This document shows, one piece after another, positions 1 through 8,016 of a DNA stretch of 64,000 nt. The translations under genes and the position numbers were made by a program. Within the stretch, counting starts at the first letter, position 1, and the number at the start of each line of letters is the position of its first letter. Source of the stretch: a virus; IMG/VR virus record IMGVR_UViG_3300009034_000017, positions 1 to 64,000 of that record; one strand, written 5' to 3'. The notes under the pieces were generated by a model. The model did not search any database. It was not told the DNA's origin and saw nothing but the letters and a program-made list of their open reading frames with translations.

Positions 1-356
1 AAACCGACTTAACTGGCGCAAGTGAAGATTATTGGTATGTGAAAATAACCCCCGGGACAGCGGGGACTGATTGGGAACTCATTGAGTACGTAGCGGGGAC
101 CCCAACACAGCGGGCCAGTGGTGATGTGGATTGGTCAGTTTCAACTGCCTATGCCATTCGCGCCATTTGTGACGGGCAGGATATTGTTTGCTTGGCCGAT
201 GGCGGAGACAAGATTAGCTACGCATCGGCGACTTCTGGGGAAACGGCGACGAGCTTTGGGCTACGGGATGAAGGCAATGCTAACATGACATTTGACAATG
301 TGGCTTTGTTTGCTAGGACGAGCACCGTTTACGATGCTACGTTGGATAGTGTGTAG
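1..356 (+). CDS. 3' end of a virion structural protein (beta-sandwich/lectin-like), starts before the window
   Basis: Frame is open from base 3 (TDLTGASEDYWYVKITPG...); beta-rich with an FGLR...FDNV ending; GGAGG RBS of the next gene follows. Confidence 0.55.
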   Translation, partial: TDLTGASEDYWYVKITPGTAGTDWELIEYVAGTPTQRASGDVDWSVSTAYAIRAICDGQDIVCLADGGDKISYASATSGETATSFGLRDEGNANMTFDNVALFARTSTVYDATLDSV

Positions 357-365
357 GAGGGAGAC

Positions 366-620
366 ATGGCAAAATGGCAGGCCGCCATTGTGGGGCCATG
401 GGTAACTGACCCTGATGGGCAAAAGAGCAAAAAGCTATCGCGGGACTACGCAGGGTTGTTTATCAGCGATATAACGGGCCAACCCAGCGAGAATGTTACC
501 CCTAATCCCAACCTAGTAACTGTGCTGGTAACGTGTGAGGCGGCGGTTTTGGAGCAGATAGAAGCAAACAGCACGTACTTCATCCAGTATGCAGAGGAGA
601 TTGTGGAGGAGACGTTGTAA
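366..620 (+). CDS. hypothetical virion-module protein
   Basis: GGAGG RBS; TAATG overlap with the next ORF. Confidence 0.7.
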   Translation: MAKWQAAIVGPWVTDPDGQKSKKLSRDYAGLFISDITGQPSENVTPNPNLVTVLVTCEAAVLEQIEANSTYFIQYAEEIVEETL

Positions 621-817
621 TGCCCAAATCTAAACCCAAGAATGGCATGCCGCCACAAAGCGAATTCGGCCAGCTCAGAGCATATCTGGCTCAGAATGGT
701 GTATCCCAAGAACAAATCAGGGCTGTCATCGGCACTGGGGCGCGTGGGCGTAGTAGAAACGAAATCGCACAGATATTGAGAGACTGGTTTAAGACTTTAC
801 CGAAGGGAACTGGATAG
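620..817 (+). CDS. hypothetical small basic protein
   Basis: Stop/start overlaps on both sides within the + strand operon. Confidence 0.65.
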   Translation: MPKSKPKNGMPPQSEFGQLRAYLAQNGVSQEQIRAVIGTGARGRSRNEIAQILRDWFKTLPKGTG

Positions 818-1644
818 TGGCAGAAAGAAGCTATCGTCGCTACATTAGTCGTGAACAGTGCAAAAGAGCCTATGCTGAAATGACCCCGCTGGTAACTGAG
901 AAGGATACCAAGCTTGATGCCATGATTGATTCCGCGTCCCGCTGGATTGAGGAAGCAACTCGCACCTTCTTCTATCCCGTCATTGAAACGCGGTACTATG
1001 ATCATCCGGATGATGCTACTATCCTGAAATTTGACCAGTGGCTGCTCAGTGTAACAACCTTTACTACCAGCAATGGCGATGAGACAGTATCGTCGGACGA
1101 TTACTTTCTAATGTGTGGCAAGACCTATAACATTGCGCCCTATGACCGCATTGTGATGAAGTCGGACGGCGATAGAACTACTCTGCTATATTCTGGCACA
1201 GTGCAACAAGCCAACGCCATCACAGGGGCTTGGGGTTATTGCAATGACTATGTGAACACGGGCACTACCCTTGGCGCAGCCATCACTTCTACCACTACTA
1301 CCACAGTAACAGTGGCCGACGGTACAGCCATTGAAGTGGGATGGTTGCTCGTAATTGATGATGAACAAATGTTCGTGTCCAACATTAGCGATAACACCTT
1401 GACAGTAGTGCGCGACCAGGGCGGCACTGATGCGGCGGAACACGACAACAGCACAGCGGTTTACCGCTATGTGCCACCGCATGACATTGAGGCTCTGTGT
1501 GGAATATTGGTGGCAAGGCTCTTCCACCGAGGCAGCACGTCATGGGCTGATACCGTGGGGGCACCTGAGCGAGGAGTGATCTTTGTAAAAGAAGCCCCGT
1601 CTGAAGCCAGGGCTATCATAGAACGCTATAAACGCCGTTGGTAA
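817..1644 (+). CDS. head-tail connector (gp6-like adaptor) with an inserted beta domain
   Basis: YIS...LDAMIDSASRWIE...TRTFF N-terminus, GAWGY, VPPHDIEALC...ARLF and IIERYKR C-terminus; Thr-rich insert (IDDEQMFV...NTLTVVR...GGTDAAEH). Confidence 0.75.
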   Translation: MAERSYRRYISREQCKRAYAEMTPLVTEKDTKLDAMIDSASRWIEEATRTFFYPVIETRYYDHPDDATILKFDQWLLSVTTFTTSNGDETVSSDDYFLMCGKTYNIAPYDRIVMKSDGDRTTLLYSGTVQQANAITGAWGYCNDYVNTGTTLGAAITSTTTTTVTVADGTAIEVGWLLVIDDEQMFVSNISDNTLTVVRDQGGTDAAEHDNSTAVYRYVPPHDIEALCGILVARLFHRGSTSWADTVGAPERGVIFVKEAPSEARAIIERYKRRW

Positions 1645-1653
1645 ATGGCTGCT

Positions 1654-2562
1654 TTATACTTGTATGCCACTAATAGCCTTGGTGATTGTATCAATACATA
1701 TATCCATGTCTTGTTTAATCTCAGCATCAGTAAAACGCAATACATGCCAGCCTAGCTTGGTTAAAGCAATGTCTTTTCTGGCATCTCGCTCCTGGGCTCT
1801 TGGCAAGTTATGCCAATAAGCACCATCGCATTCCACGACAAGCCAAAAGAGAGGGAGAGCAAAATCTACTACCATGCGGTCTATAGCATATTGTTCCAGA
1901 AACAGCCATTGGCGCTTCAATAATGCTTCACGCATGGCAATCTCAATGTTAGTAGGGGATTGCATGGCAGTACATTGATATGATCCGTGGCATTGGCGGG
2001 AACAGAAACGCGACCTATCTGCTCTTGCGGGAATAACATGAAAGGTCTTGCCGCACCATTCGCATATCTTAATTATCTTGGGTTTCCACAGCGAGCTGGC
2101 AGGGCCAGATGGGTGGCAACTAGTATAGGCACATTCATACGAACAATATTTGCGATTTTGGGAAGGATAGCCCTGGAATCTCTTCCCGCAGGCGGGGCAA
2201 ATATGATGGCTTCTCTTTCTCTGAGCAAGCCCAGAACATTTTCGGGAACAATACTTTCGACGCTTGACTCGGCTAGGCGTTACCCTGAATTCGCCGCCAC
2301 AATATTGGCAGATCATAGTAACTCTATTGGTCGCGTTGCGGAATTTATAGTTGCATTCTGGCGAACAACATCTTTGGGGCCGACGAGTTGTTGGTGGAAT
2401 AAATGTCTTGCCGCAACAAGCGCAGGCTACTTGCCGAGCCGCTATCCGTTTTGCTACCGCGGCATCAAAACACTGCCTTGAGCAATATTTGGATGTTTTT
2501 GCCTCACTGGGTATTCTAGTATAAGGCTTGCCACAGAATTGGCAACTTAGGTGAACTGGCAT
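1654..2562 (-). CDS. Cys-repeat (zinc-finger) DUF559/Vsr-like endonuclease, probable homing-type insertion
   Basis: Five CxxC...CSxxC repeats, then TNIE, VDFALP, ECDGAYWH, RDARKD, GWHVLRF; start moved to ATG 2562 (GAAAGGA RBS). Confidence 0.8.
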   Translation of the reverse strand: MPVHLSCQFCGKPYTRIPSEAKTSKYCSRQCFDAAVAKRIAARQVACACCGKTFIPPTTRRPQRCCSPECNYKFRNATNRVTMICQYCGGEFRVTPSRVKRRKYCSRKCSGLAQRKRSHHICPACGKRFQGYPSQNRKYCSYECAYTSCHPSGPASSLWKPKIIKICEWCGKTFHVIPARADRSRFCSRQCHGSYQCTAMQSPTNIEIAMREALLKRQWLFLEQYAIDRMVVDFALPLFWLVVECDGAYWHNLPRAQERDARKDIALTKLGWHVLRFTDAEIKQDMDICIDTITKAISGIQV

Positions 2563-2584
2563 AATCGTTTTCCTTTCAAGGTAT

Positions 2585-2612
2585 AGTATATACGATTCTG
2601 GAAGAATGTCAA
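2585..2612 (-). promoter_or_regulatory. sigma70-type promoter for the endonuclease gene
   Basis: TTGACA-16 nt-TATACT on the minus strand just upstream of 2562. Confidence 0.6.
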
Positions 2613-2630
2613 GTAGGCAGAGGAAACTCA

Positions 2631-3098
2631 ATGGCATCTACAGTAACAATTGAAGTTAGGGGCCTAGACATATTACAGCAAAAGTTCAAGGCCGCGCCCG
2701 CCCTTATCCAGAAACATGGTCGCCCTGCATTGAAGAAAGCTGCTAAGTTTACCAAGGATGCTTTGCGAAGTTATACACAGACAGCACCCCCTAAGCCCAG
2801 AGATAGCAAATATGTCCGCACCTTCACCCTGAAGCGATCTATTCGCTATAAGACCAAGGCGCTCAAGCGAGGGCTAGAAGCTGTAGTGTATGCCGATCCC
2901 GCCATCGCTGATTATGCCCACAAAGTCATCGGGCATGGGACGCAAGAAGGCGGGGGGCAACCGCCCCACTCTGAGCGCTGGTGGACTGATAAGACCACTG
3001 CTGAGGCTGTAGCACCTATCATTGAGAAGTATTTCGCGGAAGCCATAGCGAATGTAGCAAAAGAGCTGGGACAAGCAACACCTTATTACTCATTCTAA
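2631..3098 (+). CDS. HK97 gp10-like neck/tail completion protein
   Basis: IEVRGLD.L..KF N-terminus, YVRT.TLKRSI, YA..V..GT; position after the connector. Confidence 0.7.
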   Translation: MASTVTIEVRGLDILQQKFKAAPALIQKHGRPALKKAAKFTKDALRSYTQTAPPKPRDSKYVRTFTLKRSIRYKTKALKRGLEAVVYADPAIADYAHKVIGHGTQEGGGQPPHSERWWTDKTTAEAVAPIIEKYFAEAIANVAKELGQATPYYSF

Positions 3099-3107
3099 GG
3101 ATTTGAT

Positions 3108-3530
3108 ATGGCCGGCGAGCTAGATGATTGCATAGATGCAGTTGCAAGCTTGTTAGACGAGATAACCACATACACGCAGGTACACAAACGAGAACCCGAC
3201 CAGGTGACTACCAAATGCGAGGTTGCCGTGCTGATGGACACGGGTACCCACGGGCAGGCCGGGATGAGCTTGCACCGTCAGAGCCACATGTTGTTGCTGC
3301 GCACTTATATGCCAATAGGAGCCTACCCGGATGGGCCGGAAGATACAATTAGGTTGTTGTGGAACTTGCTCATTGACAAATTCAACTTGCATGTCACACT
3401 GGACGGAACGGCAACCCGAAGCAATCTTGAAAGTTACACTACAGGATATATGAATATTGCCGGTGTTATTTGTCGCATCATGGATGCTGCCCTAGAAGTG
3501 ATGATCGTTGTAGCAACAGCGTATGAGTGA
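3108..3530 (+). CDS. putative tail terminator protein
   Basis: 140 aa, acidic, TLDGT motif, located between gp10-like and tail-tube genes. Confidence 0.55.
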   Translation: MAGELDDCIDAVASLLDEITTYTQVHKREPDQVTTKCEVAVLMDTGTHGQAGMSLHRQSHMLLLRTYMPIGAYPDGPEDTIRLLWNLLIDKFNLHVTLDGTATRSNLESYTTGYMNIAGVICRIMDAALEVMIVVATAYE

Positions 3531-3538
3531 GGTGAAAT

Positions 3539-3748
3539 ATGCAACAAAGTATGCACGAATTGCTGCCAGAAATGGCGTGGCAGGTAGGGGTATTGAAAAG
3601 GCTTGATAGAATCATTGAGCTATTGGGAAGCATAGAGGCTGGCCTGTCTATCAAATTGGAAGTACCCGTTGATGTTGACCCAGCTATCTTTGATGATATT
3701 ATAGACTGGGAATCAACAGACGTAACAGATTATGTGAGTATGCAATAG
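3539..3748 (+). CDS. hypothetical protein
   Basis: GAGGTG RBS, in operon. Confidence 0.55.
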   Translation: MQQSMHELLPEMAWQVGVLKRLDRIIELLGSIEAGLSIKLEVPVDVDPAIFDDIIDWESTDVTDYVSMQ

Positions 3749-3759
3749 GAGGTCTAATT

Positions 3760-4614
3760 ATGGCTAATCTAGTAGGAACTTGTTTCGGTGTCGTGGAGTT
3801 TCCGCAGGGGACAACCGTGCCAGGGCTCACCGTTACTACGGGGGGGGCTGATTACCTTCGGTTTCATCTCTTCCCTGCCTCTGACGGTTTCGGCGGCCCG
3901 GTGGTTTATCCTGAGAAGATCAAATCTAGGCCGGAACTAACTGTCAGCGGCTATCTATCCAGCGGTGTCATCAGTACCATTAGTGGTATGTGCGGATGCG
4001 GCGCGGCTGCTGATTTCACTGCTCTACGCACACCGTCTGCCGCAGTCATAGACTACGGCGATACAATCACGGGGGGCTTTACGACAACTGGATGTGTTGG
4101 CACAAGGCTGACCATCACAGGGCGTCCCAACGAGTTGGTGGAATTCACGCTGGATTGCTTTGGGCTGACAACCGCTGCTGGCGCTGTGTCGGCGTACACT
4201 GTTGCAGATACGGTGTTCTTTCCCTTCGAGCGGGGTACCCACGGTATCGGGGCTGATACCTTGCTGGGATTCACCCTGACTTTCGACACAGGATATGTCC
4301 CCGTCTACGCAATGGACGGGCTTGCTGAGACTGGGTACGCCGCGATAGGGGAAAGCGGGGCGAACGTCACGCTGGAACTTGTGCTTGCCCACAATACCAC
4401 GTCCTATACTACAGAATATGGCAAATATACCGGTGTCACGGCGGTAAATCCAGTCATTGTGGTGACAGGCAGCGATGACACTGCGACCTGCACGATTGAC
4501 GTGGACGGCTATTACACGGCGTGGGGCTTCCCTGGTGATGTTGACGGCCTGATAGTGCATACCGCCACTGTTACTGGGCACATCGCAACTACTACCTTGC
4601 TTCAAATATCATAG
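3760..4614 (+). CDS. putative tail tube protein, paralogue 1
   Basis: GGAGG RBS; beta-rich 284 aa; lies upstream of chaperone and tape measure. Confidence 0.65.
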   Translation: MANLVGTCFGVVEFPQGTTVPGLTVTTGGADYLRFHLFPASDGFGGPVVYPEKIKSRPELTVSGYLSSGVISTISGMCGCGAAADFTALRTPSAAVIDYGDTITGGFTTTGCVGTRLTITGRPNELVEFTLDCFGLTTAAGAVSAYTVADTVFFPFERGTHGIGADTLLGFTLTFDTGYVPVYAMDGLAETGYAAIGESGANVTLELVLAHNTTSYTTEYGKYTGVTAVNPVIVVTGSDDTATCTIDVDGYYTAWGFPGDVDGLIVHTATVTGHIATTTLLQIS

Positions 4615-4623
4615 GGAGGGTTA

Positions 4624-5472
4624 ATGACTACTCTCGGCCCTACCTGTTTCTCGGTTGTGTCAGTTGGCGGAACAGCGCAGCAAGGCAGCGTCCTGACGCG
4701 GGCCAACGCAACCTATCACCGTTACCATATTTATGATAACGAGACCACGGGATACAGCGCCATAGTTTCCAAGCCCGGCGACATGAATGATATGCCGCAA
4801 CTTACTTGGTCAGGGTATCTGACCGCCGCCAATAAGTCTACCATCGCGGGGCTGTGTGCCCTTAGCAGCACACCTGATTTCAGCGCCAGTCTTGTATCTA
4901 GCATCAGCAAGAAGACTGTCATCTATGGCGACACACAGGTAGGAGCCTTCTCAACCACGGGATGCTTTGGGACTAGGTTGCAAATCAGTGGGCGGCCCAA
5001 CGAACTCGTTCGCTTCTCGGTGGATATGATAGGCAGTACTACGACCAAGACGACCGTATCCGCTGCCGCCATCACCGACGTGGAGTTCTTCCCGTTTGAG
5101 AGGGGGACGCAAACCTTCAACGATGATACCCTGTTGGGTTTCACCATCACCTTTAACGCGGGCTTTTATCCGCGCTTTTCCATGGATGCCTCAACGGGAT
5201 ATAGCGGTGTCAGCGAGGGGATGCACTCACTGATTGCCGAATTCGTGCTGGCTCACAACTCCACATCATACAGCACGGAATACGGCAGGTATAGCGCGCT
5301 TACAAGGGTTGACCCGACGATCACCCTGATCGGGACGCAGGGATCAACGTGTGTCATCGCCTTGGGCGGGTATTATACGGATTGGCAATATGGGGATTTT
5401 GAGGGAATAATGACGGCGCGAGCTATCCTATCAGGGGTCTATGGCGGCGGCAGGATGATTTCAATAAATTAG
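4624..5472 (+). CDS. putative tail tube protein, paralogue 2
   Basis: Shares GRPNELV, FFPFERGT, DTLLGFT.TF and VLAHN.TSY.TEYG.Y with 3760..4614. Confidence 0.65.
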   Translation: MTTLGPTCFSVVSVGGTAQQGSVLTRANATYHRYHIYDNETTGYSAIVSKPGDMNDMPQLTWSGYLTAANKSTIAGLCALSSTPDFSASLVSSISKKTVIYGDTQVGAFSTTGCFGTRLQISGRPNELVRFSVDMIGSTTTKTTVSAAAITDVEFFPFERGTQTFNDDTLLGFTITFNAGFYPRFSMDASTGYSGVSEGMHSLIAEFVLAHNSTSYSTEYGRYSALTRVDPTITLIGTQGSTCVIALGGYYTDWQYGDFEGIMTARAILSGVYGGGRMISIN

Positions 5473-5502
5473 CAGGGCTAGAACAGAAAGGAGTCCAAGC
5501 AA

Positions 5503-5910
5503 ATGAGTAGGTTTATAACCAATCAGCAAACAAAGGTCATTCAAAGAGAATCATGGATTGAGGATGATGAGCATGTCACTATTCGTCGTTGGACAATAGG
5601 CCAAAGAGATAAAATGAATGCTTCGATGCGTCGTATTGCTGGGCAAATGGGCGAGATTCCAGAGGTTGTCATTCACGCGGCAATAGTCCCTGTGCTTATT
5701 GCGGGCGTAAGGGAATGGAATTTCAAGGACGAGCAGGGCAATTTAATCCCTGTCAACGAACATTGGATTTCGCGCCTTGATCCCGACGATGCAGACTTCA
5801 TCGCCACCGAGGTATACATCTTCAACGGGGGGGCGACCGAGGAGGAGCGCCAACAGTTTTTTCGCGGAACTGAAGGCAGTGATGCTGACGGGGGGGAAGT
5901 TGCCGCCTGA
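5503..5910 (+). CDS. tail assembly chaperone (gpG-like)
   Basis: GVREWNFKDEQG...PV motif; position between tube and tape measure; AAGGAG RBS. Confidence 0.75.
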   Translation: MSRFITNQQTKVIQRESWIEDDEHVTIRRWTIGQRDKMNASMRRIAGQMGEIPEVVIHAAIVPVLIAGVREWNFKDEQGNLIPVNEHWISRLDPDDADFIATEVYIFNGGATEEERQQFFRGTEGSDADGGEVAA

Positions 5911-6103
5911 ACTCACGCCTATTGAAGTAATGCGGTATATGGGGGGATGGTCTTGTGAGGATTACGCGAATGCGCCCGAATATATCGTAGACCTCGCCAT
6001 TCTTGAAATGAACGCGGAGCGGTGGGCGGCGGAACAACGCCGAGAAAACCAGGGCACAGGCGCTAGGATGGTAGCCCGCCAGGGGAGATACGGCAGATTT
6101 TAG
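5858..6103 (+). CDS. gpT-like chaperone extension in the +1 (=-2) frame
   Basis: Overlapping ORF with MGGWS.ED...P..IVDL, ending just before the tape measure; entry point inferred. Confidence 0.6.
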   Translation, partial: FFAELKAVMLTGGKLPPELTPIEVMRYMGGWSCEDYANAPEYIVDLAILEMNAERWAAEQRRENQGTGARMVARQGRYGRF

Positions 6104-6144
6104 TGGGCAGGCGGGGAGCTTGCCCATTGTAATTTAGGAGCAGA

Positions 6145-8016
6145 TTGGTGGCCAATCAAGCAGTCGTGCAGATTCTCATAAAGGCGCGTGACGAGGCGAG
6201 TCGCGTCCTTGAGGGTGTCGCCGCGAGTGGTGACAGGCTGAATCTTGCCCTGAGTGCCATTGGCGCGGCTGGAATGGCCGTGGCTACCAAACTGACACTG
6301 ACTGCCGCCCGTACCGAGGAACTGGGCGTGGTAGTGGAAGCTATGGGCAGGGCTCATGGATATTCAGTTGAGAAGATAGCCCTTCTTGAGGAAAGCCTAA
6401 AACGAATGGGCATTAGAACTCAGGCAGCGCGACTTCTTACTGCTCAATTGATTGGCTCACAGGTCGGCCTGGCCCGTGCTACAGATATTGCCCGGGCCGC
6501 GCAGGACTTAGCAACATTGGGCGCTGTAGAAAGTTCCGAGGCGGCTGCCGACCTTGCTTACTCCATTGCCTCTTTGCAGCCTCGGTTGCTCAGAAAATAC
6601 CGCATTTATATTAGCCTAGTGAATGTCTATCGTAAAGCCGCTCAAGAACTGGACAAAAACATTCTCGCCTTAACAGAAACAGAAAAACGGCAAGCCTTCC
6701 TAAATGCTGTTTTAGAGGAGGCTGCCCGATATGCCAATCTCTATGAAACTGCTATGACTACGGCAGGAAAGTTGATACGCTCCATGCCGCGGTATGTAGA
6801 AGAATTGGCCAATGAATTCGGCGAACATTTGTTGCCCATACTCAAGGGCACTATAGTTACAATTCAGGACACTATCGCTTGGCTTACAGCCCTGCCTGAT
6901 CCTCTGCAATCTGCAATGATGTATACGGTGGCATTGGGTGGGGCCTTCCTAGTTTTAAGGTCAACCATTGCTACGTTCGTGCCTATGCTTCTGAACGCTA
7001 TTATGAGCTTTACCGGGCTGAAAACAGCGTTGTTGGCTGTAGGACTTGCCGCGTTGGAAATGCCGGGGATACTTGCAGCCATAACCGTGGCTTTGGGGTA
7101 TGGCATAGTGAAGTTCAAAGAGATAGAGCGCACTGCGAAGGATAAAGAGAAAGCAATTATATCACTCACCAAGACCTATGACCGCTATCGGGAAAAGATG
7201 ATTGATATGCTTGAGGTCGAGGGTAGAATTACCAAGGGGGCAGCCATATACGCTCGTGCCAGCGATGATTTGCTGGGCGGGCTGATAAAAACACAGGAAG
7301 AGTTTAAGGAAGCCAAGATAGGTATTGAGGGTTATGATATGGCCATTAGGGCGGTCCCTGGCAGCCTTGAGGGCTTCAATAATATGCTGAAGCAAGTGGG
7401 AAAAACTGTGGCACAACAACGTACTGTGATGGAGGGGTTGGCCTCGGCAATGCTCATACCGATGACGCTGGCCTATTCGGATGCCGAGCGCGCCACCGAG
7501 CAATACCACGGGAATGTGCTGACTATGGAGCGTCGCAAAGCCTACTTGCAAGAGCAACTGATGAAGAAAGGGTATGATGATGCCTTAGTGGCTGAAATAG
7601 AGGGGATCAACAAACAGATTCACGAGGCAGAAAGAGGGCAACAGGAAATGGAGCGGATATTCCGGCGGCAAATTGCCATGATGGCCGTTACCGCCTTGCA
7701 ACAAATTCTGCCACCGGTGGAAGCGCTACAGGCTGGGATAGAGTTGTTGGGACGAGCACAAATAATCAGCCCTGCCACGCTGGGGGCAGGACGGGGTCTA
7801 ATAGGGGAATTGGGACGGGTGCAGACTGGCCAAATAACGGGCATGGAATTCGCAGAAAGGGCGGGAGGGATTCTTGCTCCAACACCCACTGGCGCACCAG
7901 CGGGTGGCGTTAGTGTCGTCATCGGCAACCTCTATGGCACGGACAGAACGGCTGCCACTAAATTCGGGCAACAGATAGGGCGGGATTTGTTATCATTGGG
8001 AGTGAGGACACGATAA
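6145..8016 (+). CDS. tape measure protein
   Basis: VQILIKARDEAS N-terminus, Ala/Leu-rich helices, central hydrophobic segments; AGGAG RBS. Confidence 0.85.
   Translation: MVANQAVVQILIKARDEASRVLEGVAASGDRLNLALSAIGAAGMAVATKLTLTAARTEELGVVVEAMGRAHGYSVEKIALLEESLKRMGIRTQAARLLTAQLIGSQVGLARATDIARAAQDLATLGAVESSEAAADLAYSIASLQPRLLRKYRIYISLVNVYRKAAQELDKNILALTETEKRQAFLNAVLEEAARYANLYETAMTTAGKLIRSMPRYVEELANEFGEHLLPILKGTIVTIQDTIAWLTALPDPLQSAMMYTVALGGAFLVLRSTIATFVPMLLNAIMSFTGLKTALLAVGLAALEMPGILAAITVALGYGIVKFKEIERTAKDKEKAIISLTKTYDRYREKMIDMLEVEGRITKGAAIYARASDDLLGGLIKTQEEFKEAKIGIEGYDMAIRAVPGSLEGFNNMLKQVGKTVAQQRTVMEGLASAMLIPMTLAYSDAERATEQYHGNVLTMERRKAYLQEQLMKKGYDDALVAEIEGINKQIHEAERGQQEMERIFRRQIAMMAVTALQQILPPVEALQAGIELLGRAQIISPATLGAGRGLIGELGRVQTGQITGMEFAERAGGILAPTPTGAPAGGVSVVIGNLYGTDRTAATKFGQQIGRDLLSLGVRTR

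Noticed and set aside
5829-5836. GGGGGCGA, as I recall the Mu -2 frameshift sequence
   Set aside because: Here GGG CGA is in the destination frame rather than the zero frame, so that mechanism does not map directly
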